From 'Waltheria sp.' little leaf phytoplasma (GTDB lineage: Bacteria; Bacillota_I; Bacilli_A; Acholeplasmatales; Acholeplasmataceae), in assembly GCA_032886695.1 (NCBI GenBank), contig JAUZJE010000001.1, forward strand, positions 80,388 to 144,387: a stretch of 64,000 nucleotides of DNA, written 5' to 3'. The notes below the pieces were generated by a model, which did not search any database, was not told where the DNA came from, and worked only from the letters and a program-made list of their open reading frames with translations. Below, one piece after another: positions 46,020-56,942 of the stretch. The translations under genes and the position numbers were made by a program. Every line of letters starts with the position of its first letter. Position 1 is the first letter of the stretch.

Positions 46020-47630
46020 AAGATAGATTATAATCGTCTTATCAAAAAGAGAGTTAATCACTCTTATAGAGCGAAAGAAGAAAGTAATTTATTGTTTTAT
46101 TGTTTATTCATTAGAACCGCGTCAGCTAGGAATGATTTTAAGTTAAACTTTTACGGACCATGAATAAGATTATTGACCAATCTTTAAAACAAACCCCATT
46201 AAAACAAGAACTCAAGCCAAGGATAAATAAACCACCTCGCGTTTAATCAAATTGCTGTTAACCAAGGGGCAAGAATACCCGGAGTTGACGGAGAATAATA
46301 AGTAAAATTAATTTAATGAAATTGAATAAGGATCACCAGATAATCCCAAACCGATAAAAGATTTCATCTTCCAAAAGAAAAGGATAAAATCAGATATTTA
46401 ATTCCAGCTAGAATAACCCCAAAACCCTAAAATTATCCTGCTTCGAGAATATCTTTTCAGAATTGAGCTTTAGATTTAGACCCCTAAAAGTCGGGTTTAG
46501 ATGCAATAAACAAGATCCGACAAAGATTCCAAAGTATTGATTATTTAATTAAAATCGATATTAAGTTTACTTTGACACCATCAATCATGATATTCTCTAC
46601 AAGATGCTCCACAAGTGCATCCGCAAGAAAAAAAGTACTTAAAAACTACCGAAAAAAAACGATTAAAAAGGATATTATAGAAAAATAGCGGCAATACAAA
46701 TCAATATCGGGTTCTTCGTAAGAAGAAATCATCTTCCCATTTCTTGTCAATATCTATTTAGATTATTTAGGATCAAAAAATAGAGAACTAGTCCAACAAG
46801 GGAAACCACAGTTGAAAATAAATTCTAAGTATAATAAAACCAAGCGTATAAGGCTTTTAAAAAAAAGATAAAATAAAAAGCTATATTAATCTCAACCTCG
46901 ACCCACAATATTGAATACATAAGATATGCTGACGATTTCATCATTGGTCGGTATTAAAGGAAAAAGAGATAAAGCGGAAGGAATTAAAAGACTAGTTAAT
47001 CAATAGTTGACAGAAGATCTAGGTCTGAAAATCAACACCCACCAATAAATCAAAAATCGTTTTAGCTAACAAAGGCTGCAGACTTTTATATCATACATGG
47101 TGAAAATTAATCCCACTAGAGATTCCAGAATTAAAAAACCACCAAAAAACTCCTTAAATGGGAAAGTTATTATTCAATATTTCTATATGACCAAGAACTT
47201 GAGTCAACTAACGTACCCAAACTACATCGCCGAATACAGTTATTTAAAAACACTAGCAAACAAACAAAAAACTTCATCGTTAGAGTCCGGAAGAAACTCA
47301 ACCACTCACTAGAGTAGGAAATAAGATATAATTTAAAATTCGAAAAAACAAAAGTTGAATCACGGGACAATTTCTCCTAGGAGAGAATTAAAAGTATGAA
47401 AAATTAACAAGAGGAATAACCAAAATAATCATAAATCCCGATCTCTCTCTTCCTAGGAAGAACGAGATTAACCGATAAGTTAACAGCACAGAAATGCGAA
47501 TTTTGCCAATTAGAAAATCAATCTCTGGAAATACAATACATCGGGACATCTAACTGGAGAAGGGCGATAGATCAAAAAAAACGCTGGTAATCTATCAGAT
47601 TTATCATCACACAACAAATATATGATATCA
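46020..47630 (+). pseudogene. Group II intron reverse transcriptase/maturase (LtrA-like) pseudogene with flanking intron RNA remnant
   Basis: Fragments NQGARIPGVDG (RT0), KIDI..FDTINHDIL, RYADDFIIG (YADD 46925-46936) and KCEFC En remnant, broken by many stops and frameshifts. 46020-46095 is homologous to tdk intron 56385-56455. Confidence 0.88.
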
Positions 47631-47782
47631 AAAATATTAAGATCTATATTAACAACCCTTAGATATTATTATAATAAAAAAAAGTAAAATTTAAATAAAT
47701 TTAAAAATTTTAATTTTTGATTAAAATCTAAATTTATTATAAATTAATTACTTCTAATATCTAAAATTAATACAAAATATTT

Positions 47783-48958
47783 TTAATAATAAATTTTTTT
47801 ATTGATAACATGATCTAATTCGCCATTAGCTTTATAAATATATTGTTTATTCCATACATTATTTTGTTCATCGATAAATTGTTCATCAACAAGAGCTAAA
47901 TCTTCTTTATTTTGTAATTTTTGATAATGCTTATAAGAACGATTACTTTCATCTTTTTTATCTTCACAACGTCTGTCTACAATAACTTTATTTTTATAAA
48001 CGTCTGAACACCACACATGTTGATTCAAATCATATTTACTAATCTTAAATATTTCGTCATTACGATCTTGATAAACTATTTTAGTTTTTTTATTAGCTAA
48101 TAAATCGGTTTCTTCTGTAACAGTTTTATCAAGAATACCACCAACAAAAAATTGTTTAACTATCTTTTTTTTATTATCTTTTACGTCAAAATAGTGAAAA
48201 ATAGATTCAATCATACCATTTTTCAAAGAATAACGAATTTTTTTTGTCAAAACAGGCATCTCTGAACTATCAATGATATGATAAATTTCTGTAAAAAGAC
48301 GTTTACCTAAATCATTATAAATATCTTTATTCATACGACTAAGTTTTTGTGATTTATTATAAATATAATCTACAGTATACAAAATAATATTAAAATCATT
48401 ATATTTAGTAACTTTACTCAAATAATCATTAGATTTATTAAAACTATAATTAACATTGTATATTTCTATTTGACTAATTTTTTGTAAATCATTATAAATT
48501 TCTTTAATTTTATTAATAACTTTTGATTTATCATAAATATATTTAATTGTATACAATTTCAAACCATTGTCTTTGTTATATTTAGTAACTTGTGTTATAA
48601 AATTTTTCTCATTATATTCTTCAAACACAATAGGAAACTTATCACCTTCGTTTTCATATAATTTAATTCCTACTAATTCACCATTTTTAAAAATTTTTTT
48701 TCTTGTATCAGTTATAACACTTTTAAAAAAATCTTGATCAATTGAAACAAAATTTTTCTCAGGAATAACCATTTTTAAATCATCATTATATTTATCATTA
48801 TATTTATTAAAATTTTTATTTTTAGGAGAAAATAAAACTTCTTTAGAATTTGTTTGTGTTTGATAATTAGAAAAAAATGAAAAAAACATTCCACTTATCA
48901 AAAATAAATTAATAATACATACAATTAATTTATAATTAAAAATTTTTCCGATATTCAT
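47783..48958 (-). CDS. Putative secreted/membrane-anchored protein with Tyr-rich beta-repeats (DUF2963-like)
   Basis: N-terminal hydrophobic signal and repeated 'VTKYN...LYT..YIY.KS' and 'K.IYNDL' units. Confidence 0.65.
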   Translation of the reverse strand: MNIGKIFNYKLIVCIINLFLISGMFFSFFSNYQTQTNSKEVLFSPKNKNFNKYNDKYNDDLKMVIPEKNFVSIDQDFFKSVITDTRKKIFKNGELVGIKLYENEGDKFPIVFEEYNEKNFITQVTKYNKDNGLKLYTIKYIYDKSKVINKIKEIYNDLQKISQIEIYNVNYSFNKSNDYLSKVTKYNDFNIILYTVDYIYNKSQKLSRMNKDIYNDLGKRLFTEIYHIIDSSEMPVLTKKIRYSLKNGMIESIFHYFDVKDNKKKIVKQFFVGGILDKTVTEETDLLANKKTKIVYQDRNDEIFKISKYDLNQHVWCSDVYKNKVIVDRRCEDKKDESNRSYKHYQKLQNKEDLALVDEQFIDEQNNVWNKQYIYKANGELDHVINKKIYY

Positions 48959-48999
48959 AAAATATTTTATAACTTCCTTATATTAATGAATTTATTATA

Positions 49000-49058
49000 A
49001 AAAGAAAAAAAGAAATTAATCGAGATAAACTTTTTAAAAATTTCATCTCGATTAATTT
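49000..49058 (-). terminator. Intrinsic terminator downstream of the 49226-50713 gene
   Basis: AAATTAATCGAGAT...ATCTCGATTAATTT 14-bp stem followed by a T-rich tract on the minus strand. Confidence 0.65.
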
Positions 49059-49225
49059 TACCAAATAAACAATAATAAATTTTTAAAATAATCAAAAAAA
49101 CATTAAAATAAAATTATAAATAAAAGTAAATCATTATTATATAAATTTGATTGATATTATTTCAAAAACCTTTTAGATTTCTAAAAAATTCTTTAATATA
49201 TTGAGAAAAATTTGAAGTACGAAAA

Positions 49226-50713
49226 TCAAAACAAAAAGTCTAATTGTTCCCAAGTAAATCCAAATTCAAAAAATTGCGAAACACTAATAAGATCATGGCG
49301 TATATAGTATTTTAAAAATTCTTTAATATTATCATCTGATAAATAAGCTTGAATAATTCTGCTTCTTTGTTCTTTAGTTAAAAAGTGATCAGGTTCTTGT
49401 ATAAAAAATCTAAATACATCATGATAATTTAAATTTTTTGAATCTATAAAATTAACTGGTTTACCTTTTAAAACATTTTTGATATATTTATAAAAAGCTT
49501 TATTTTCGAATTCAAAACAAAAAGCTAATTGTTCCCAAGTAAATCCGAATTTAAGTAATTTTAAAAAACGTTTAGAATCCTCTTTAATATAAAGTTTTAA
49601 AGCTTCTCGAACATCTAAATCATTTAAATAAGATTTAATAATTAAATTTCTTTGTTCTTGAGTGAAAAATTTATTAGGTTCTTCATCAAAAAATATAAAT
49701 AAATCATGACTATATAAACCTGATAATTGTTTCCATACAATCTTTTGACCTTTTAAAACTTCTCTAATATATTGAGGAAAATCTGAATTGAGAAAATCAA
49801 AATAAAAAGCTAATTGTTCCCAATTAAATCCGAATTTAAATAATTCTCGGAAATTAATGTAATTTTGACGAATATATTCTTTTAATAATCTTCGAATATT
49901 ATAATCATCTAAATAAGATTTAATAATTAAATTTCTTTGTTCTTGAGTGAAAAATTTATTAGGTTCTTCTTTGAAAAACGAAAATAAATCTTCAGGATGT
50001 AAATTTGGAATAGTTCCCCAATCAATTACTTCAAAATTTAAAACTTTTTGAATAAGTTCGAAAAAATTCGGATTATAAAAATGTCTTTGACCAAAAGAAA
50101 CAATATTAGTTCTTGGTTGTGTATTCTCTGGTGAACCTGAATTTATTGTATGACTAGTGGTTTGAAAACTTTGTGTAGTTGATTCGGAATCTTCTTGTTG
50201 ATTGTTTTCATTATTAATTGTTGGTTGTGTATTCTCTGGTGAACCTGAAATTGTTGGTTGTGTATTATCTGGTGAACCTGAATTTATTGTATGACTAGTG
50301 GTTTGAAAACTTTGTGTAGTTGATTCGGAATCTTCTTGTTGATTGTTTTCATTATTAATTGTTGGTTGTGTATTCTCTGGTGAACCTGAATTTATTGTAT
50401 GACTAGTGGTTTGAAAACTTTGTGTAGTTGATTCGGAATCTTCTTGTTGATTGTTTTCCTTTTCTAACGCCGAAGGGTCATCTTGTTGAAAATCATAATA
50501 AGATTTAGAGAAACGTGTTGTTGATCCGTCTTTTATAAATTTCCTATTTTCTTCACTATTCGGACTTTTTTCAAAAATTTGAGAATTATTGAGAAGACTA
50601 TTGTAAGCTTTATTTTCATCATAATTAGCAATAACAAAACTTATCAAAAAAACACTGATAATAATAAAAGAAGAAATTAAAATATAAGAAATATTTTCCC
50701 ATAACTTATTCAT
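49226..50713 (-). CDS. Membrane-anchored repeat protein (S/T/Q/N-rich stalk plus three ~80-aa helical repeats)
   Basis: N-terminal TM; 3x NNQQEDSESTTQSFQTTSHTINSGSP(E/D)NTQP; 3x F..EP..F.T.EQR..II..YL.D...FGF.WEQL.F.F. Confidence 0.8.
   Translation of the reverse strand: MNKLWENISYILISSFIIISVFLISFVIANYDENKAYNSLLNNSQIFEKSPNSEENRKFIKDGSTTRFSKSYYDFQQDDPSALEKENNQQEDSESTTQSFQTTSHTINSGSPENTQPTINNENNQQEDSESTTQSFQTTSHTINSGSPDNTQPTISGSPENTQPTINNENNQQEDSESTTQSFQTTSHTINSGSPENTQPRTNIVSFGQRHFYNPNFFELIQKVLNFEVIDWGTIPNLHPEDLFSFFKEEPNKFFTQEQRNLIIKSYLDDYNIRRLLKEYIRQNYINFRELFKFGFNWEQLAFYFDFLNSDFPQYIREVLKGQKIVWKQLSGLYSHDLFIFFDEEPNKFFTQEQRNLIIKSYLNDLDVREALKLYIKEDSKRFLKLLKFGFTWEQLAFCFEFENKAFYKYIKNVLKGKPVNFIDSKNLNYHDVFRFFIQEPDHFLTKEQRSRIIQAYLSDDNIKEFLKYYIRHDLISVSQFFEFGFTWEQLDFLF
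50113..50458. repeat. Near-perfect 108-bp tandem repeat x3 with an internal 30-bp duplication
   Basis: gaatttattgtatgactagtggtttgaaaactttgtgtagttgattcggaatcttcttgttgattgttttc recurs three times. Confidence 0.92.
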
Positions 50714-51341
50714 GAAATTCTATATTAATTCCTTTTTCTGTTTTCGAATCAAAAATAATAAATAATTTAATTCAATAACTTAATAAATATCTATATTATC
50801 TTTAATTAGGTTTTTTTGAAATAAATCAACATTACTTAAATTATTTTTAAACGAATATATACATAAAATAATTAATAATAATCACTAAATTTCATAAATA
50901 TTAAATTACTGCAAAAATAAATCTTAAAGAACACAAATACAAATAAATTTTCATTTTAATTAAAAATTTATTCAATAACAAAAATTAACTAGATATAACC
51001 AGAGCAAACTACCACAATTATTCCGAAATCCCATTTAAAAATATTTAAATTAATTTGATTGATAATTAATTGATTAAAAATACTATCAATATAAAAATTA
51101 AAAAGAATATTAAAATTTTGTTGATAGAATTTGATCATTATTATTTTCTCTAATAGCGCTTTCTATATCTATTTAATATATTTAAATTAAAATTATTATC
51201 AAATAACGCCATTTATATATAACTAAAAGATAAAAATCGCAAAAATTAAATTTAAAATAAATAAGAAAAAACTATTAATTACAAATTCAATCAAGATAAT
51301 AAAAAATTATAAATTACTAATCATGAGTAAAAAAATAAAAA

Positions 51342-51959
51342 TTATATCAATTTACTAAATAATAAGTTTACTCTAGTACCTATTTGATTAGGTAAATCGA
51401 CCATTTGTTTATCTTTTAATCGGAATTTATCAAAAATTTTATCACTTATAAACTCTCTATTATAATTAGGACCTTTCATTGCAATAAAACTACCTTGATT
51501 ATTTAACAAAGGATAAACCAATTTTAAAATAATATTTAATCTTCCTAAAGCTCTAGCTATAAGATAATCATATCGAAGATGATGTTTTTCTATCTTCTGG
51601 TTATAAATATAAACATTTTGTAAAGATATTTTTTTAACCAAACTTTTTAAAAAAATGGTTTTTTTATAAGAAGATTCGATTAAGATTAAATTTAAATGAG
51701 GAAATGCAATTTTTAAAGGAATTCCTGGAAAACCTGCTCCTGTACCTATATCACACAAAGAATTGATTTGATTAAAATCAACCAAAGAAGATACTAATAA
51801 AGAATCATAAAAATGTTTAATATATATTAATTCAAGTTCTAATATCGAAGTTAAATTTATTTGGTTATTGGAATCGGATAAACACATAGCATATGTATGA
51901 AATTTCATCATTTGTAATTGATTTAATTTGAATTTTTTTTGTAAATATGATTTATACAT
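51342..51959 (-). CDS. rsmG: 16S rRNA m7G527 methyltransferase RsmG
   Basis: [25 protein letters not shown]; downstream of mnmG. Confidence 0.95.
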   Translation of the reverse strand: MYKSYLQKKFKLNQLQMMKFHTYAMCLSDSNNQINLTSILELELIYIKHFYDSLLVSSLVDFNQINSLCDIGTGAGFPGIPLKIAFPHLNLILIESSYKKTIFLKSLVKKISLQNVYIYNQKIEKHHLRYDYLIARALGRLNIILKLVYPLLNNQGSFIAMKGPNYNREFISDKIFDKFRLKDKQMVDLPNQIGTRVNLLFSKLI

Positions 51960-53817
51960 GAGAATTACTATACTTTTGTAAATAAATTAATAAAATATTA
52001 ATATCAACAGGATTCACTCCAGAAATACGAGAAGCTTGAGCTATATTAAAAGGTTTTATTTTAGTTAATTTTTCTTTAGCTTCTTGAGATAAATTTTTAA
52101 TCATTTGATAATCGATATTATTAGGTATTATTTTTTCTTCCAAATAAGAATTTTTTTTAACTTCTTTTTCAGATTTTAAAATATAATCTTCATATTTAAT
52201 TTGAATTCCTACTTGCTCTATAACATCAGCAGAATATTTATTTGAAAAAAAATTATATAAAACATCTTCTTTTAAATCAGATCTTTTTAATAACTGATAT
52301 AAACTCATGCGACGAGAACCAAAATGAATATTTAATTTATGAAAATCATCTATATCTAAATAAAAATTACTTAATTTCTCTTTTAAAGAATCAATTTTCA
52401 TTTGTTTGCTTTTCAACCAATCGAAAGTTTTATGATCAACTAAACCAAATTTAAAACCATAAGGCATTAATCTTAAATCTGCATTATCATGTCGCAATAA
52501 TAAACGAAATTCAGCTCTAGAAGTTAATAAACGATACGGCTCATAAGTCCCTTTATTAATTAAATCATCAATTAACACACCAATATAAGCTTCGTTACGC
52601 TTTAAGATAAAAGGAGGTTTATTTTGAAGTTTTAAAGCTGCATTAATTCCGGCAATTAATCCTTGACAAGCAGCTTCTTCATAACCACTAGTACCATTAA
52701 TTTGACCAGCTAAAAATAAATTTTTAATTTTTTTGCTTTCTAAAGTATGAAACAGTTGATTCGGATTAAAAGCATCATATTCAATGGCATAAGCGTATTT
52801 AACAATTTTCGCTTTTGAAAAAGCTGGAATAGTTTTTAAAATTTCTTCTTGTATTTCGTAAGGCATACTCATAGATAGCCCTTGCAAATACATCTCATCA
52901 GAAAACAAACTTTCAGGTTCAATAAATAACTGATGTCTATTTTTATCACAAAATCTTACTATTTTATCTTCTATAGAAGGACAATAACGTGGACCAGAAC
53001 TATAAATATAACCGCTATACATTGCCGATTTATGTAAATGTTTACGAATTAATTGATGAGTATCATTATTAGTATGAGTCAAAAAACATAATTTCTGCAC
53101 ACCTAAATCATTAATAATCGAAGGAGAACTAAAGGTTCGAAAAATGTTATCACCTGCTTGTTCAACAGTTTTACTATAATCAATAGTATCTCTATGAACT
53201 CTAGGCGGAGTTCCTGTTTTTAAACGAATAATTTCCATTCCAAATTTTTTTAATTGTTCGCTGATGCCATAAGTGGTAGGAGCTTTGTTAGGACCTGAAT
53301 TTATAATTTTAGAACCTATTAAAACTTTACTTGTTAAATAAGTTCCTGTAGTTAATATAATGATATCACTATAAATAATCTTGCCGCTAATTAATTTAAC
53401 TCCTTTAACACATGAATCATTTTCTTGAATAATTAAATTTTCGACCAAATCTTCTATTAAAGTTAAATTAGAAGTTTTTTTAAGTGTTTTTAAAATAAAC
53501 TGAGGATATTTAATTTTATCTATTTGAGCTCTTAAACTTCTGACAGCTGGTCCTTTAGAAGTATTTAACATTTTCATTTGAATTTGACAAATATCAGCAG
53601 CTTTTCCCATAATACCACCTAAAGCATCGATTTCTCTCACAACCACACCTTTAGCTGGACCACCTATAGAAGGATTGCAAGGAAGAGAAGCTATTTGTTG
53701 CAAATTACCAGTGATTAACAAAGTTTTGTAAGATTGTTTTGCTAAAGCTAAAGCAGCTTCTACACCAGCATGACCACCGCCTACTACAATAGTTTGGTAA
53801 TATTTCATTTTAAGCAT
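51952..53817 (-). CDS. mnmG: tRNA uridine-5-carboxymethylaminomethyl modification enzyme MnmG
   Basis: [53 protein letters not shown]. Confidence 0.98.
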   Translation of the reverse strand: MLKMKYYQTIVVGGGHAGVEAALALAKQSYKTLLITGNLQQIASLPCNPSIGGPAKGVVVREIDALGGIMGKAADICQIQMKMLNTSKGPAVRSLRAQIDKIKYPQFILKTLKKTSNLTLIEDLVENLIIQENDSCVKGVKLISGKIIYSDIIILTTGTYLTSKVLIGSKIINSGPNKAPTTYGISEQLKKFGMEIIRLKTGTPPRVHRDTIDYSKTVEQAGDNIFRTFSSPSIINDLGVQKLCFLTHTNNDTHQLIRKHLHKSAMYSGYIYSSGPRYCPSIEDKIVRFCDKNRHQLFIEPESLFSDEMYLQGLSMSMPYEIQEEILKTIPAFSKAKIVKYAYAIEYDAFNPNQLFHTLESKKIKNLFLAGQINGTSGYEEAACQGLIAGINAALKLQNKPPFILKRNEAYIGVLIDDLINKGTYEPYRLLTSRAEFRLLLRHDNADLRLMPYGFKFGLVDHKTFDWLKSKQMKIDSLKEKLSNFYLDIDDFHKLNIHFGSRRMSLYQLLKRSDLKEDVLYNFFSNKYSADVIEQVGIQIKYEDYILKSEKEVKKNSYLEEKIIPNNIDYQMIKNLSQEAKEKLTKIKPFNIAQASRISGVNPVDINILLIYLQKYSNSHV

Positions 53818-53876
53818 GCCTTTCCGAAAGAATTGTCATCTTTTAAATTAAATTTCTGATAAAAATAGTAAAAAAT

Positions 53877-54521
53877 TTATTTATTTTCATTTTTTATTTT
53901 ATCAGATATAAAAGTTAAATATTCTTTATGTTCTAATAAAATTTTTTCCGTAACTTCTTTTCCCAAAAAACTTTCCATATTATTTTTAAATTCTTGAAAT
54001 AATTTCTTTTTCTTATCTACAAAAACACTATTTTGATTTTTAATTAAATATAACGAGAAAATCAAAAATAACAGAAAAAATAAGAATATTAAAAGTAATT
54101 TGAAATTACCTAAAAAATAATTTAATTTAAAAAAGACAATAACATTCAATACATAAAACAAAAACCCGCAAAACATATAAAAATATCTTTTTAATAACAT
54201 AGAATTATAAGTTTTTAAAGAAGTAAAAATATACTTAATAAAAAAAATATTAATTTCAGGTTGATATAAAATACTAAATTTTTCATAATAAAATTTATCT
54301 ATAAAAACTCGATAAATATTATCTTTTAAAGTCCAAACAACATACTGATTCAATTTAGTAAAATTATCTTGATATTTGTTTTGTGTCAAATAATAAAATT
54401 GAATTTTAACTTGTTGTTGATCTAATTTATATTCATCCTCGTGAAAAGGTTCACCTTTAACAGAATCAAAAACCAAAGGTAAAAGCTGAAATTTACTTTC
54501 ATTCCAAAAATTAAAACCCAA
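53877..54521 (-). CDS. Hypothetical membrane protein (two C-terminal TM helices)
   Basis: 214-aa ORF with two hydrophobic segments; TTG start with AGGATAGG upstream. Confidence 0.7.
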   Translation of the reverse strand: MGFNFWNESKFQLLPLVFDSVKGEPFHEDEYKLDQQQVKIQFYYLTQNKYQDNFTKLNQYVVWTLKDNIYRVFIDKFYYEKFSILYQPEINIFFIKYIFTSLKTYNSMLLKRYFYMFCGFLFYVLNVIVFFKLNYFLGNFKLLLIFLFFLLFLIFSLYLIKNQNSVFVDKKKKLFQEFKNNMESFLGKEVTEKILLEHKEYLTFISDKIKNENK

Positions 54522-54597
54522 ATTATTAAACCTATCCTATTTATTTTTATTAAAAATTAAATTATCTTTATATATAAATTATATAACAAATTTTCTT

Positions 54598-54688
54598 AAA
54601 AATCACCACTCACATGCAATAAAATTTATGGCTGCTTCAATTAAGATCTGACCAGATTCATTTTAATTAACATTGAATGATGATTTTT
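54598..54688 (-). ncRNA. ffs: Small signal recognition particle RNA (4.5S type)
   Basis: Long hairpin closed by AATCATCATTCA/TGAGTGGTGATT with domain IV GGTCAGAT-CTTAATTG-AAGCAGCC. Lies immediately downstream of tadA, as scr does in Bacillus. Confidence 0.8.
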
Positions 54689-54749
54689 AAAAAAAATTAT
54701 TACATATATAATCTAAATATTATCACCTAACTTATTATACATTAAAAAA

Positions 54750-55217
54750 TCAATTATAAGAATGTTTATGTCTTAAATTAGAAAAAAATTTTCTTAAAAT
54801 ATTCCGACTCTCTGATTCAAAAATAAACAATTTAACAAATTTTTCATGATATTTTAAGTTATTATAGATATATAAAAAATTATGATAAAAATTAAAATTA
54901 ACATTAGAAGCACTATAATAAATTTTATTAACTCGAGATTGAATTAAAGCTCCAAAACACATCATACAAGGTTCTAAAGTAACATAAATATCAACCATAT
55001 TCATTCTATAATTTTTCAATTGAAGATTAACTTTTATAAGAACTAAAAATTCTGCATGACTAAAGAATAATTGACTATTCTCTGTATTATTATGGGCTCT
55101 AGCTACAATTTTATCATCTATTACTGCAACAGCTCCTACAGGAACTTCTCCTTTTTCAAAAGCTTTTTGCGCTTCCTGAAAAGCTTCTTTCATAAACCAA
55201 AAATGTTTTTTTTTCAT
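54750..55217 (-). CDS. tadA: tRNA adenosine(34) deaminase
   Basis: GEVPVGAV, HAE, YVTLEPCMMC. Confidence 0.93.
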   Translation of the reverse strand: MKKKHFWFMKEAFQEAQKAFEKGEVPVGAVAVIDDKIVARAHNNTENSQLFFSHAEFLVLIKVNLQLKNYRMNMVDIYVTLEPCMMCFGALIQSRVNKIYYSASNVNFNFYHNFLYIYNNLKYHEKFVKLFIFESESRNILRKFFSNLRHKHSYN

Positions 55218-55259
55218 AACTCAATACAAACCTAAAACAACAATTAATATAAAAATAAT

Positions 55260-55715
55260 TTAAAATTTAAATTTATGACATTTTCGACAACAAGGTTCAT
55301 GATAATCTTTTCCACCTATTAAAATTATTGGTTCTTTCTCAATTGAAAATTTATTTTTCAAATTAGAATAAATTCTTTGAGTTCTAGATGCTTCTTTTCC
55401 GCAAATAAAACAACAAGATCTATACTTAGTAACTCTATCAGCAATAGATAATAAATATGGCATAGAACCAAAAGGTCTACCGCGAAAATCTAATTCCAAA
55501 CCTGCTATAATAATACGTATACCTTGATAAGATAAATCATTAACAATTGTTTCAATATCAGAATCTAAAAATTGGGCTTCGTCAATAATTATAAAATCAA
55601 TGCCCGGTTTCATAAAATTAAAAATTTCTTGACTTTTACCAATTAAAATAGCAGGAGATTTTTCTAAATTATGGTTAATTAATTCACTTTTGCACGAATA
55701 ACGATTATCAATAAA
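55260..55715 (-). CDS. tdk: Thymidine kinase, exon 2
   Basis: FIDNRYSCKSELINHN...IIIDEAQF...AGLELDFRGRPF...CFICG...YHEPCCRKCH; open from 55715. Confidence 0.93.
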   Translation of the reverse strand, partial: FIDNRYSCKSELINHNLEKSPAILIGKSQEIFNFMKPGIDFIIIDEAQFLDSDIETIVNDLSYQGIRIIIAGLELDFRGRPFGSMPYLLSIADRVTKYRSCCFICGKEASRTQRIYSNLKNKFSIEKEPIILIGGKDYHEPCCRKCHKFKF

Positions 55716-56942
55716 ATACGGATAGATTAATTGCGTTTTATTCAGCGATTTATCCTTGCTGTTTTATTTACAATCAGCCCCCGTCCAAACCGGACAAGCA
55801 AGTTTCCAAGCATCCGGCTTTCCATAATTTACTCTCTTTCGAGAACTAATTTCTCCTCACGGTTAATTAGCTATTTGTTCTTATCGTTCTTGTTTCTAAT
55901 ATCCTGTATCTGTTGATTTGTTACCTTTCGATGACAATTCTTATATAATACTTTAGTTCTTTTATTCATGATACTTTTGCGATCCGCATTACGAATTGTG
56001 CCAATATGATGAATTTAAAGTTGGATTGTTTTGTCGCAATTCTCACAACGTTCCGCTTTTAAACGGTCAGTTAAATGCGTACGACCTTGGAATATGAATT
56101 TGTTAATGGTAATACCTGGGTTCCCCTTATATAATTACACATTTTTTTAATTTTGTCCCAAGAGTAAACATCCCATGGTTCGTATTGGGTTTTCCTTTTA
56201 TTAAGATAAGCAATCCCCCAGGTAGAACAAATTTTAGTTATTCATCCCCTACTGGAGTTCTCTTTTTAAGGAACCGCCATTTGTTGAACGATATTGAATT
56301 CTACTCAATGTTCGTGAAAGTTTAGTTTCTGGTGAAACCGCTGTTGACATAATCTATCAACTCCTTCCCCGATACCAATGAATAATAGTAAATTACTTTC
56401 TTCTTTCGCCCTATAAGGGTGATTAACCCTCTTCTTGGTAAGTCGATTATCTAGTCTATTCCAAAACTAGGTTTACCCTTACGACTACTGAAAAGATTCT
56501 TTATCCTTGACCATCCAGACTTTTATTTCTGAATTAGTAAATTTAATTACTTAGTTTTAGGATTCTCCAAGTTACCCTAAATTTCTACCTTAATTCTTTA
56601 GGGGAAGTATCCTCTTTTTAGAGAGGCTGATTCCAGGTTTCTTGATTTGATAAACTATCCAATACAAACCATATATATTGATAGATTCTGGACTGTCCGC
56701 TTAAGCAACTTCCGAACAGGTTGTTTTATTACATCAGTTTCCTTCTTAGGCCATCTCAGGCTTCTCCATTGAATTATTCGGTGGCGGAGTCTTCTTGACT
56801 AATTTGCTTTCGTCGCAACCCGCTTTTATGGTCTGCTATAATCCATCATTCTTTCGTTTGATTGACCGACCATCTCCTTTCAGGGTTTATCATCCCTGGC
56901 TATTGGTTAGATAACACGAAAATTTAGGCCTCTTTGGCGCCC
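55716..56942 (-). mobile_element. Group II intron (1227 nt, RT core deleted) within tdk
   Basis: 5' GGGCGCCAAAG. Domain V AAGCCGGATGCTTGGAAACTTGCTTGTCCGGTTT (55820-55787). 3' CTATCCGTAT. Putative EBS1 TGGTTT (56671-56666) is complementary to exon end AAACCA. Confidence 0.93.

Noticed and set aside
47097-47370. Short ORFs 47097-47312 (+) and 47170-47370 (-)
   Set aside because: A fragment of the RT/maturase pseudogene and its antisense shadow.
50113-50458. Direct repeats as a possible CRISPR array (also the repeat at 1-75)
   Set aside because: In-frame coding tandem repeats without unique spacers; no cas genes.
50989-51138. 49-codon minus-strand ORF (MIKFYQQNF...) between rsmG and the repeat protein
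   Set aside because: Low complexity with no recognisable homology; could be a pseudogene remnant but cannot be supported.
55260-55613. 117-aa ORF as a truncated tdk pseudogene
   Set aside because: The missing N-terminus is intact at 56943-57074 and joins in frame across a group II intron.
55731-55916. Plus-strand 61-aa ORF
   Set aside because: Antisense to intron domains V-VI; coincidental.
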